From: Ignavibacteriota bacterium | GTDB taxonomy: Bacteria; Bacteroidota; Ignavibacteria; UBA10030 | NCBI GenBank assembly: GCA_963701295.1 | Contig: OY969585.1 | Span: 640,001-704,000 of the forward strand | Length of the DNA: 64,000 bases | Direction: 5' to 3' | Shown here: one piece after another, positions 51,215 to 61,300 of the stretch | How positions within the stretch are numbered: the first letter of the stretch is position 1 | Layout of the letters: each line of letters begins with the position of its first letter | Made by a program: the position numbers and the translations under genes | The notes under the pieces: generated by a model | Database searches by the model: none | Told to the model about the DNA's origin: nothing | The model's input: the letters and a program-made list of their open reading frames with translations, nothing else

Positions 51215-52516
51215 CTACGTTAGTTTTCTTTTGTCTATCACTCGTTTGGCTTTGCCTTCACTGCGCTCGATGGTTTTCGGTTCGACAAGTTTCACCAACG
51301 CGCTAATACCCAGCGCAGATTCTATGTTGTGCTGAATTTTTTTCTTAAGTCCTTCTAACTTTTTGATTTCATCCGAGAATAATTGTCCATCGACTTCCAC
51401 CCACACTTCCAGCACATCGAGATTGTTCACGCGGTCAACGATCAGAAGGTAATGCGGCTTGGTCTCGTTCATCTCAAGAAGCACAGTTTCAATTTGAGAT
51501 GGAAACACATTAACGCCGCGGATAATGAGCATATCGTCAGACCTGCCCAAACATTTTTTCATGCGCACGATTGTGCGGCCGCATGAACATTTTTCTGCAT
51601 TCAATACCGATAGGTCGCGTGTGCGGTACCTGAGCAACGGCAGAGCTTCTTTGGTTACGCATGTAAAGACCAGTTCACCGATTTGGCCATACGGAAGCAC
51701 TTCGAGCGTTTTTGGATCGACAATTTCCGGAATAAAATGATCTTCAAACACATGTAGCCCGCATTGATCCATGCATTCGGATGCAACTCCCGGGCCGATA
51801 ACCTCGCTCAATCCGTAAATATCGATCGCTTTGATTTTCAATTTGCTCTCAATCTCGCGGCGCATTTCTTCTGTCCATGGTTCTGCACCGAAGACGCCGG
51901 CTTTCAACTTGAATGATTCGACCGGCATTCCCGCTTCAGCCATCGCTTCTGCAAGAAAAAGAGCATAGGACGGCGTGCAGGCGAGAATCGTCGAGCCAAA
52001 ATCCTGCATCAATTGTAATTGACGCTGTGTGTTGCCGCCGGACATAGGAATAACCGTTGCGCCGATTTTCTCCGCGCCGTAATGCACGCCGAGTCCGCCT
52101 GTAAATAATCCATACCCGTACGCAACGTGTAGTACATCCATCTTTCCCGCTCCTGCAGAAGTGAGCGTACGAGCCATAACTTCAGACCAGATATTGAGAT
52201 CTTTTCGAGTGTATCCCACAACCGTCGGTTTTCCAGTTGTTCCGCTGGAGGCATGCAGCCGAACAACATCTGCCGCGGGTACAGCAAACAAACCGAAAGG
52301 ATAATTATCGCGCAAATCCTGCTTGGTTGTAAACGGCAGATGTTTTAATTGATCCACACTTTTGATATCGCCCGGTTCGATACCGTTTTTTTGAAACTGC
52401 TTTCGGTAGAACGGCACATTATAATAGAGTCGTTCTACCAGAGTGGACAATCGCTCGCTCTGCAGCTTGGTGAGCTGCTCGCGGTCCATACATTCTATAT
52501 ATTCATTCCATTTCAT
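51215..52516 (-). CDS. paaK: Phenylacetate-CoA ligase
   Basis: [31 protein letters not shown] and [16 protein letters not shown]; start placed at ATG 52516. Confidence 0.9.
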   Translation of the reverse strand: MKWNEYIECMDREQLTKLQSERLSTLVERLYYNVPFYRKQFQKNGIEPGDIKSVDQLKHLPFTTKQDLRDNYPFGLFAVPAADVVRLHASSGTTGKPTVVGYTRKDLNIWSEVMARTLTSAGAGKMDVLHVAYGYGLFTGGLGVHYGAEKIGATVIPMSGGNTQRQLQLMQDFGSTILACTPSYALFLAEAMAEAGMPVESFKLKAGVFGAEPWTEEMRREIESKLKIKAIDIYGLSEVIGPGVASECMDQCGLHVFEDHFIPEIVDPKTLEVLPYGQIGELVFTCVTKEALPLLRYRTRDLSVLNAEKCSCGRTIVRMKKCLGRSDDMLIIRGVNVFPSQIETVLLEMNETKPHYLLIVDRVNNLDVLEVWVEVDGQLFSDEIKKLEGLKKKIQHNIESALGISALVKLVEPKTIERSEGKAKRVIDKRKLT

Positions 52517-52716
52517 AGTCAAAGAGCTTTTCTTGAAATTGTTTGTGAAAGTTCCATTCAATTAATCATTTTTTTCTTTAAGAATAAACAACTTTTCCTG
52601 AAATGTTCATGCTTGCGCACCAAGAAAAATATTGACCGCTCCAATTCCATGCCGCTTAATATTTCTATTGTCTTGGCGAGAGAGGTTTGCCGGCGGTATA
52701 AATAATTTTGTACAAA

Positions 52717-53205
52717 CTAAACGAACTCCCTTCGAGGCTTGGATTGGTCCGGACCGACTCGTCCAGCTACGATGTCTGCCATGAAATAGTTCTCACCTTT
52801 GATTGGTGCGCCAAAAAGATGACGGAGCATGGCAAGCTGACCGACATGCGTGAGTGTATCAGCTATTGGGCCCTGAATTAACTTTTCTAAAGGGCAGGCG
52901 ATCGTTGAAGAACCCGCCAAGTACGTATCAAATTCTTTAACGGATACATAAAAGCGATTTACCTCACGATCCCAGGCTTGCGGCGGAGAATCGTGCCATA
53001 CTCCCCTGCCTTTAGCTATTGTCAAAGCCCAATCAAAAAGATCTCCCATATGTGCAACGATTTCAACCGGTGTTCTCGATTGAGGATTAATCCGGAATTT
53101 CTCAAAATCCGGCGGTGCGTCACGTAATGTTTTAGCTCCGCGATAAACGATGGTCGCAATTGTATGTCGAACTATTTCACGCTGAGAATCAATGTTTGAT
53201 GCCAT
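52717..53205 (-). CDS. DinB/YfiT-like four-helix protein
   Basis: RTPVEIVAHMGD and DTLTHVGQLAMLR. Confidence 0.7.
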   Translation of the reverse strand: MASNIDSQREIVRHTIATIVYRGAKTLRDAPPDFEKFRINPQSRTPVEIVAHMGDLFDWALTIAKGRGVWHDSPPQAWDREVNRFYVSVKEFDTYLAGSSTIACPLEKLIQGPIADTLTHVGQLAMLRHLFGAPIKGENYFMADIVAGRVGPDQSKPRREFV

Positions 53206-53301
53206 GGTCTAAATTTATTTCCTTTTTTAAAGTGGTTTGGTTGCGCACAGAGTTTGTATGTCTTTAGTTCAAAATGCTTTTGCATTTTGTAAATATTTCT
53301 A

Positions 53302-53330
53302 TTGACAAGCTCAATAAACCATGCTATTTT
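53302..53330 (+). promoter_or_regulatory. Sigma70-like promoter for the candidate ncRNA
   Basis: TTGACA at 53302-53307, 17-nt spacer, TG-n-TATTTT extended -10 at 53322-53330. Confidence 0.6.
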
Positions 53331-53336
53331 AAATAT

Positions 53337-53416
53337 GGTTGTTGTAAAAGGTTCCGCCCCATCAATAAGTGCCCACTGTCGGCACTTCCGAAAGGATAGT
53401 TGGGGCGGTCGTTTTT
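53337..53416 (+). ncRNA. Candidate DUF3800-associated Y-shaped (three-way junction) RNA
   Basis: P1 CCGCCCCA/TGGGGCGG, P2 AAGTGCC/GGCACTT, P3 TCC-GAAA-GGA, then a T-run; abuts the DUF3800 stop codon. Confidence 0.65.
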
Positions 53417-54077
53417 AATAGAAGATCGTTGTTCCATTCGCTAGCACATCAAACTCACTTCTAATACATTTTTTAATAAAATCATAGCTCCTTCGTTCTC
53501 CTCTTTCCCATTTAATTTCAACAGCCCAATTAAGGTAATCGACAATCTGTAAATTGGCGTCAGATTTTGATGCAAAATGATATATGTTATAGCTGGAATT
53601 AAAACCTTTAACCCAAGACTTTAATTCGGTTTTTAATGCCTTTGTCTTAGCTTGTCCGTGCTTGCCGGTTGGCGGAGTATCGGTAACGACAATTATTTTA
53701 TTAAATCTGCCACCATAGAAATTAAAAACATATTTTAGAAGAATCTGAATAAATATGCCATAGAATCTTACTATATCGTTTTGTAAAACTGGGTTAACCT
53801 TATTCTTTTGAATTACAATGGTGTCAACACTGATTGTATCGGCATTGGTCTGAATAAATTCAAATACAATATCTCGCACCGTCTGTAAATCTTCTGCGGC
53901 TCGGAAATATTCTAATTCAAGGTCTCTATTCCAAATTTGGTACTTCAATTCTGATATACCAGACGTGTGCAACAACGGAGTTGTCGTGGTTAATGCGGAA
54001 AGAGTATAATATCTTGTTCCTTTATTGCTGAAATCAAAATTTCCACCTTCATCAAGAAAAATATAAAGTTCAGACAT
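53415..54077 (-). CDS. DUF3800 family protein (RNase H-like, QxxD)
   Basis: N-terminal YIFLDEGG and C-terminal SKSDANLQIVDY; AT-rich. Confidence 0.8.
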   Translation of the reverse strand: MSELYIFLDEGGNFDFSNKGTRYYTLSALTTTTPLLHTSGISELKYQIWNRDLELEYFRAAEDLQTVRDIVFEFIQTNADTISVDTIVIQKNKVNPVLQNDIVRFYGIFIQILLKYVFNFYGGRFNKIIVVTDTPPTGKHGQAKTKALKTELKSWVKGFNSSYNIYHFASKSDANLQIVDYLNWAVEIKWERGERRSYDFIKKCIRSEFDVLANGTTIFY

Positions 54078-54287
54078 GCCTTATGTTCTCTTCTCCAACC
54101 ATGTGTGGGTCAACGAATGGCACCTAAGTTGCCGCACTGATAACGTTAAAAGTTGCTGTGAATGAACCGAGTTTCAAATTGATAGCTTCTCCTTGTACCT
54201 TGCTCAGCGGAAATATGTTCTTTCTTCAAGCAAAAAGCAAGCACTTGGTATTCAGAACTTAGAAGTTATCCAAAATGTTGAGAAAAA

Positions 54288-54382
54288 GTCATTGCGAGGA
54301 ACGAGGTAACGAAGCAATCTGCAATTCTCAACGGAAAACAAAAGCGAGATTGCTTCTCCCGATAAATCGGGATCGTAATGAC
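54288..54382. repeat. REP/RPE-like palindromic element
   Basis: GTCATTGCGAGG...GAAGCAATCT ... AGATTGCTTC...CGTAATGAC inverted arms with an internal TCCCGATAAATCGGGA hairpin. Confidence 0.65.
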
Positions 54383-54452
54383 ATGTTTCACTTATGAAAA
54401 ACCTGAAACTCAAGAGAACGTTTCGTACGTTTCATAATATAGAGCTTAGATC

Positions 54453-56774
54453 TTGAAGTCTGATGAACATACCGACAATTTTCTTCGGCTCGCCGTCGCC
54501 ATTCGCGGCGCTGTGCAGGGTGTTGGATTTCGTCCGTTTGTGTACAAACTTGCCGCAGAAATGCAAGTCAACGGCTGGGTCTCAAATACATCCCAAGGAG
54601 TTTTTATAGAAATTGAAGGTACAAAAGAAACACTCGACCGATTTCTCCTGCGCCTGCAAAAGGAAATCCCGCCACGCGCATTCATCCAGAGTTTAGAGTT
54701 TTCGTTCCTTGATCCGATCGGATTTGAAAAATTTGAAATTCGCAAAAGCGACACCGGCGGCGCCAAAACGAGTATCATACTGCCGGATATCGCTACGTGC
54801 CCCGATTGTTTAAAAGAAATCTTCAATCCATCGAATCGCCGCTATCTCTATCCGTTTACCAATTGCACGAACTGCGGGCCGCGCTTCTCTATTATAGAGG
54901 CAATACCATACGACCGCCCCAATACATCGATGAAAAAGTTCGAGATGTGTCCCGAATGCCAGACAGAGTATGAAAATCCGCTCGACCGGCGTTTTCATGC
55001 CCAGCCCAATGCATGTCCCAAGTGCGGACCGCAACTTCAACTCTGGGATACCAACGGAAAGAAATTAGCCGGACAGCACGATGCACTTTTACAAGCAGCA
55101 AGCGCGATTGAAGCCGGAAAGATTGTTGCCGTGAAAGGCATCGGCGGATTTCATTTGATGGAAGACGCGAGGAACGATGAAACCGTCAGGCGACTGCGCG
55201 AACGAAAGCATCGGGAAGAAAAACCGTTCGCACTCATGTTTCCATCACTGGAAGACGTGAAAAAAGAATGCGAGGTTGATGAACTCGAAGAACGACTTCT
55301 CTCTTCACCAGAGTCTCCCATCGTTTTGCTGCAAAGGAAACACTTTGCAATCGATAATCGCAAATCGACTATCTCCCAATCCGTCGCCCCCAACAATCCA
55401 TACTTAGGCTGCATGATTCCCTATTCACCTTTGCATCACATCTTGATACGCCAGCTTGGATTCCCTGTTGTGGCTACGAGCGGAAATTTGTCCGATGAGC
55501 CAATCTGCACTGACGAATACGAAGCACTCGAACGGCTTCACGAAATTGCAGATTTATACCTTGTTCACGATCGCCCCGTTGTTCGGCATGTAGATGATTC
55601 CATCGTGCGAATTATGATGGGACGAGAGTTGGTCATAAGGCGGGCACGAGGATATGCACCGTTACCGATTACTGTAAAGACACAGCATGCTGTGTCCCTG
55701 CTTGCGGTCGGTGCACATTTAAAGAATACCATCGCACTTATGTCGGATTCAAATGTTTTCATTTCGCAACATATCGGCGATTTGGAAACAAAAGAATCTC
55801 TCGATGCATTTCACTGTGTTGTCAACGACTTTCAGACAATGTACAATTGCAAACCTGATTATATCGTCTGCGATCTTCACCCTGATTATCTCTCCTCAAA
55901 GTTTGCCTGGAGTACCGGCATTCCACTTTTAGAAGTTCAACACCATGACGCACACGTCGCCTCTTGTATGGCAGAGAATCAACTTGAAGGTGAAGTGCTT
56001 GGTGTATCGTGGGATGGGACCGGCTATGGACTTGATGGCACGATTTGGGGCGGTGAATTTTTACTTGCCACAAAGACATCGTTTGAGCGCGTTGCGACTT
56101 TCCGTCCGTTTCGGCTGCCGGGTGGAGAAAAAGCCATCAAAGAACCGCGTCGTGCGGCACTGGGAATGTTATATGAACTATTCGGCGATGAAGTCTTTCA
56201 TCGACAAGACTTGCCTCCACTGAATGCATTCACATCTGCGGAACTTGAACTCCTCAATCAAGTGTTATTAAAGAGAGTGAATGCACCTGTCACCACAAGC
56301 GTAGGTAGAATCTTTGATGCTGTCACTTCAATAATCGGATTACAGCAGAGAGTAAACTATGAGGGTCAGGCGGCGATGGAGTTGGAATTCTTAACACATG
56401 GTATGAAGAGCGAAGATCGTTATCTCTTTGAAATTAATGAAATGCCAAATGTAAAATTAGTTGACTGGCGATCAATCCTTGATGGGATCATGACAGATAT
56501 GAGAGACCACATCAGTCGTTCAATCATCTCTGCAAAATTTCACAATACGCTCGTTGAAATTATCATTGCAGTCGCAAAAATGATTGGCCAGCCGCGTGTC
56601 GTTCTATCAGGCGGATGTTTCCAAAATCGATATCTTGCGGAACGGACAGTGATGCGATTGCAAGAAGAGGAATTTCGACCGTACTGGCATCAACGAGTTC
56701 CGCCAAATGACGGGGGGATTGCCTTAGGACAGGTCTATACCGCTCTGCGTTTACAAAAAGCAAATAGACCTTGA
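54453..56774 (+). CDS. hypF: Carbamoyltransferase HypF
   Basis: GAVQGVGFRPF acylphosphatase domain, Cys zinc fingers, RRARGYAP, QHH and PPNDGGIALGQ. Confidence 0.95.
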   Translation: MKSDEHTDNFLRLAVAIRGAVQGVGFRPFVYKLAAEMQVNGWVSNTSQGVFIEIEGTKETLDRFLLRLQKEIPPRAFIQSLEFSFLDPIGFEKFEIRKSDTGGAKTSIILPDIATCPDCLKEIFNPSNRRYLYPFTNCTNCGPRFSIIEAIPYDRPNTSMKKFEMCPECQTEYENPLDRRFHAQPNACPKCGPQLQLWDTNGKKLAGQHDALLQAASAIEAGKIVAVKGIGGFHLMEDARNDETVRRLRERKHREEKPFALMFPSLEDVKKECEVDELEERLLSSPESPIVLLQRKHFAIDNRKSTISQSVAPNNPYLGCMIPYSPLHHILIRQLGFPVVATSGNLSDEPICTDEYEALERLHEIADLYLVHDRPVVRHVDDSIVRIMMGRELVIRRARGYAPLPITVKTQHAVSLLAVGAHLKNTIALMSDSNVFISQHIGDLETKESLDAFHCVVNDFQTMYNCKPDYIVCDLHPDYLSSKFAWSTGIPLLEVQHHDAHVASCMAENQLEGEVLGVSWDGTGYGLDGTIWGGEFLLATKTSFERVATFRPFRLPGGEKAIKEPRRAALGMLYELFGDEVFHRQDLPPLNAFTSAELELLNQVLLKRVNAPVTTSVGRIFDAVTSIIGLQQRVNYEGQAAMELEFLTHGMKSEDRYLFEINEMPNVKLVDWRSILDGIMTDMRDHISRSIISAKFHNTLVEIIIAVAKMIGQPRVVLSGGCFQNRYLAERTVMRLQEEEFRPYWHQRVPPNDGGIALGQVYTALRLQKANRP

Positions 56775-56820
56775 TTATGGATTCAGGAATGAGAACATTG
56801 AAGATGGAAAGGAGTTTATA

Positions 56821-57072
56821 ATGTGTTTAGCAATCCCCGGAAAAGTGGTGGAAATTGACTCGACTGTCTCACCGGTTATGGGTAAAGTGAGCTTCGGCGG
56901 TGTCAAGAAAGAAGTCTGCCTTGAGCTCGTGCCCGAAGTGAAAATCGGTGAATATGTCATTGTACACGTCGGCTTCGCTATTAGCACGATGAATGAAACT
57001 GAGGCGCTTGAAACGTTGAAACTATTCGAACAAATGGGGGAATCAATAGATGAAGCAATTGATCCTGTATAG
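56821..57072 (+). CDS. hypC: Hydrogenase maturation chaperone HypC
   Basis: MCLAIPG and GEYVIVHVGFA. Confidence 0.95.
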   Translation: MCLAIPGKVVEIDSTVSPVMGKVSFGGVKKEVCLELVPEVKIGEYVIVHVGFAISTMNETEALETLKLFEQMGESIDEAIDPV

Positions 57073-57242
57073 TTATTTATCTCATCAATCGGATCAATCA
57101 CATATTGTTACCTTGTCCTTCCTTACATTTCACAGTTGCACTGTGAGAATGATTTTCTTAGTATTGGTAGTTATGGAGAGAAAGGATGAGTGCCTTATCG
57201 CCAAAATTCTCACACTCACATTCCAAAGAACATTGAGGCAAC

Positions 57243-58334
57243 GTGCGATTCATAGATGAATTTCGTAACGGTAAGACAGCCGCAGCGTATCTTGAACGCA
57301 TCCATGCTGTCAGTGCTCATCCGTGGACAATTATGGAAATCTGCGGCGGACAAACGCATACAATCGTCAAATCCGGAATTGACGATCTGCTTCCTTCTTC
57401 ACTCACATTGGTTCATGGGCCAGGCTGTCCGGTCTGTGTTACTCCTCTCGAAATCATCGATAAAGCTGTAGCCATTGCTTCGCAGGCCGATGTTCTCTTC
57501 ACATCATTTGGTGATATGCTGCGAGTACCGGGTTCGGAGAAAGATTTGCTCACTATCAAAGCACAAGGCGGCGATGTGCGCATCGTCTACTCTCCTCTTG
57601 ATGCAGTAAAACTGGCACAGCAGAACCCTGATAAAAAAATCGTATTCTTTGCCGTCGGTTTCGAGACCACGGCGCCGGCAAACGCCATGTCTGTCTGGCA
57701 GGCAGCGCAGCTTGGATTAAAAAATTATTCGATTCTGTGTTCGCATGTACTTGTGCCGCCGGCGATGGAAGCGATTCTCTCTTCGCCGGCAAATCGTGTA
57801 CAAGGATTTCTCGCCGCAGGCCATGTCTGCACAGTCATGGGATATGAAGAATACATTCCACTTGCAGCAAAATATCGCGTTCCAATTGTTATTACCGGAT
57901 TTGAACCTGTCGATATTCTTCAAGGGATTCTCATGACGCTGCAACAGCTGGAAGAAGGCCGCTCAGTTGTTGAGAACCAATATTCTCGGTCTGTACGGCG
58001 TGAAGGAAATCGTCCTGCACAAGAACTGATCCAAAAAATATTTCAGATAACCGATCGCGCTTGGCGCGGCATTGGATTAATTCCCAAAAGTGGTTACCGT
58101 GTACGCGACGAGTATTCGGCATTTGATGCAGAAAATATATTCGATGTCGCAACTATTCAAACACACGAGTCACCGCTGTGCATTGCAGGACAAGTAATGC
58201 AAGGATTGAAGAAACCGCGCGAGTGTACTGCTTTTGGCATTCAATGTACACCGGAACATCCTCTCGGAGCACCTATGGTTTCTTCCGAAGGAGCGTGCGC
58301 TGCATATTATCATTATGGAAAAATGCGTCATTGA
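57243..58334 (+). CDS. hypD: Hydrogenase maturation protein HypD
   Basis: [27 protein letters not shown] and MVSSEGAC. Confidence 0.95.
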   Translation: MRFIDEFRNGKTAAAYLERIHAVSAHPWTIMEICGGQTHTIVKSGIDDLLPSSLTLVHGPGCPVCVTPLEIIDKAVAIASQADVLFTSFGDMLRVPGSEKDLLTIKAQGGDVRIVYSPLDAVKLAQQNPDKKIVFFAVGFETTAPANAMSVWQAAQLGLKNYSILCSHVLVPPAMEAILSSPANRVQGFLAAGHVCTVMGYEEYIPLAAKYRVPIVITGFEPVDILQGILMTLQQLEEGRSVVENQYSRSVRREGNRPAQELIQKIFQITDRAWRGIGLIPKSGYRVRDEYSAFDAENIFDVATIQTHESPLCIAGQVMQGLKKPRECTAFGIQCTPEHPLGAPMVSSEGACAAYYHYGKMRH

Positions 58335-58396
58335 AAATATATTCGATGCAGAGATTTCGCGTAGAGACTTCTGAGCGTTAAGAAAGGATACGGCAC

Positions 58397-61300
58397 ATGA
58401 AAAAACGTCTATCCATCCAGACAACTTCTTGGTTCCTCATCACCATTTTCCTGTTCTTGGTGGCGGGCATTCTCATCACAGGATTTCTTTTCTATCAAAA
58501 ACAACGTGAACGTATCAAAACGGAGGTTCAGAACAATCTCGCAGCGATCGCAGATTTGAAAACAGAACAAATTGCACGGTGGCAACAAGAACGCATAATC
58601 GATGCCAAGCTTGTCTATAACAACGCAGCGATAGCTCGTCAAGTTGATGCATATTTCAAGACCCCGAAGAAAACAGGTCCCAAACAAGATCTCCTTAAGT
58701 TGATGAAATCCTTCCAGGAACAGGCGGGATACAAGTCTATTCTGTTACTTGATACAAAAAGAAATATTCGTTTGTCAGTCTCCAATCACGATGATTCTGT
58801 TTGTTCGTATGGACAAACAATTTTTAGAGAAGCACTTCTTTATCGGCGAATTACTTTTTCTGATTTACACATATCGAAGAGTGTTCCGTATGTACACATC
58901 GATTTGATGGTTCCCCTTTTATCTCCAGATCGGAGTGATAGTATGATCATCGGTGTACTCATCCTGCGAATCGATCCGAACGATGTTCTCTTCCCCCTTA
59001 TCCAATCTTGGCCAACACCAAGCCGCACATCCGAAACACTCTTATTGGAACAAGATGGAGACAGTATTGTCTATTTGAATGAGCTTCGTCATCGAAAGAA
59101 TACGACGCTGACATTACGCCTGCCGATTTCCAACGAACAGCTTCCCGCTTCGAAGGCAGTCCGCGGTATCAAAGGAGTCGTAGAAGGTATTGATTATCGC
59201 GGTGTATCTGTGCTTGCAGCGATTAGAGCTATTCCCGATTCTCCTTGGTATATGAATGCAAAAGTTGACCAGAAAGAAATTTATGCGCCTCTTCGTTCAC
59301 AAGCATGGATAGTAGGCATTGGGATGTTCCTCCTTATCTTATCAACTGGCAGTATTATCGGTTTCTGGTGGCGGCATCAACGAGCTCTCTTCTATCGCGA
59401 GAAGTATTTGGCAGAACTTGAGCGCCAAGCGCTGATCAAGCACTTTGATTATATCATCAAGTATTCTAATGATATCATCTTATTGGTCAATATGGATGGT
59501 AGGATCGTTGATGCCAACGATCAAGCATGTAGGAACTATGGCTACACACGTGAGGAGTTATTCCAATTAAGTATACGCAACCTCCATTCGCCAAAAACTC
59601 ACTCTCAGGTTGAGAAACAAATGAAACAGGTTGAAGAGCAAGGTGGATTAGTGTTTGAAACAGAGCACCGGCGAAAAGACAGCACAGTGTTTCCAGTCGA
59701 AGTAAGTTCACGGTTCATTAAGATTGACGAAACGAGATTCTATCAAAGTATCGTTCGCGATATCACGGAGCGCAAACAAGCGGAGGAGAAGTTGCGTGAG
59801 AGCGAAGAAAAATATCGGAGTCTTGTTGAGAACTCTCTCGAAGGAATTGGTCTCTCCAAATATAATCAGGTAATCTATGCCAATAAAGCTTTGCTTGAAA
59901 TCTATGGCTACGATGACATTGAAGAATTCCTTGCAAAACCGCTCCTAAACTATGTCGCACCCGAATCGCAAATAAAAATTCAAGATATGCTCACAAAAGC
60001 TAAGGAGGGTAAACCACACGAGAAGAGTTTTAGCTACAAGATTATTCGCAAAGACGGCGAATTGAGAGACATAGAGATAACTACTGATCATGTAAAGATT
60101 GGAGATGATCTTTATACACAAAGCACTTTCCGCGATATAACCGAACGTCTACGAACGGAGGAAACACTCCGTAAAAGTGAAGAAAGATTTAAAAATTTAT
60201 CTATTTTATTGCCCCAAATTGTTTTTGAAACAAACGAAAATGGAAATCTGACATTCATCAACCGTCAAGGATTTATCGTTGCAGGCTATACGGAAGAAGA
60301 TATTGCTAAAGGATTGAATGCCATTCAAATGTTTGCTCCGCAAGATAGAAACAGAGCATTAGAGAATATGCTCAAGCGATTGAATGGAGAGGAAATAGGA
60401 CAACAAGAATACTTACTAACCAAGAAAGACGGCAGCACGTTTCCCGTGATTCTCTATGCAAATAGAATTATGCAAGATAATAAGCCTATAGGCTTGAGCG
60501 GGATCATCATAGATATTACCGACCGCAAGCAAGCAGAAGAGGCGCTGCATAACAATGAAGAGCGTTTTCGTCGATTAGTTGGATCAGTGACCGATTATAT
60601 TTATTCCGTAAAACTTGAATCCGGTCATCCTGTTGCTACATCCCATGCTCCGGCATGTGTATCAGTAACCGGCTATACGGCGGAGGAATATGCAGCCGAT
60701 CCGGATCTTTGGTATCGAATGATCTACGAAAAAGATAAACAGCTTGTAACAAATCTTACAGAAAAAATACTTACTGGATTTGAAATACTGCCTCTCGAGC
60801 ACCGCATCGTTCATAAAAATGGTTCTCTCCGATGGGTAAAAAATACAATCGTGGTCAAACAAGATGCCAATGGCGTTCCTATCTCGTACGATGGTTTGAT
60901 TGAAGATATTACCATGCAAAAGCAGGCAGATGAAGTTCTGCGAGAGAGCGAAGAAACGGCATATGCACTCCTGAATGCATCCAGTGAGGCGGCATATCTC
61001 TTAGATACCGAACGAAGAATCATCGCTGTAAACGAAGCCGGTGCGCAGAGATTTGGAAAAAGCATTGATGAGTTACCTGGTGTATGTGTTGATGACTTAT
61101 TCCCGTCGGAAACAGTAGAATCAAGAAAAACATTCATAGATCAAGTTTTTCGCATACGCAAACCGGTTCACTTTAAAGATGTGCGATCGGGAATACATTT
61201 AGAAAACTCTCTCTATCCTATTACTGATGCGGAAGGGAACGTAATAAGAATCGCAGTCTATTCAAGAGATATCACCGAACGCATTCGGATAGAGGAAACG

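Noticed and set aside
49525-52516. paaK-ACT-aminotransferase cluster as a novel pathway
   Set aside because: paaK next to an ACT protein is a common arrangement in anaerobes; nothing unusual was seen.
53354-53416. Simple rho-independent terminator of the DUF3800 gene
   Set aside because: The three-way junction, GNRA loop and facing promoter are not explained by a plain terminator, although a dual role is possible.
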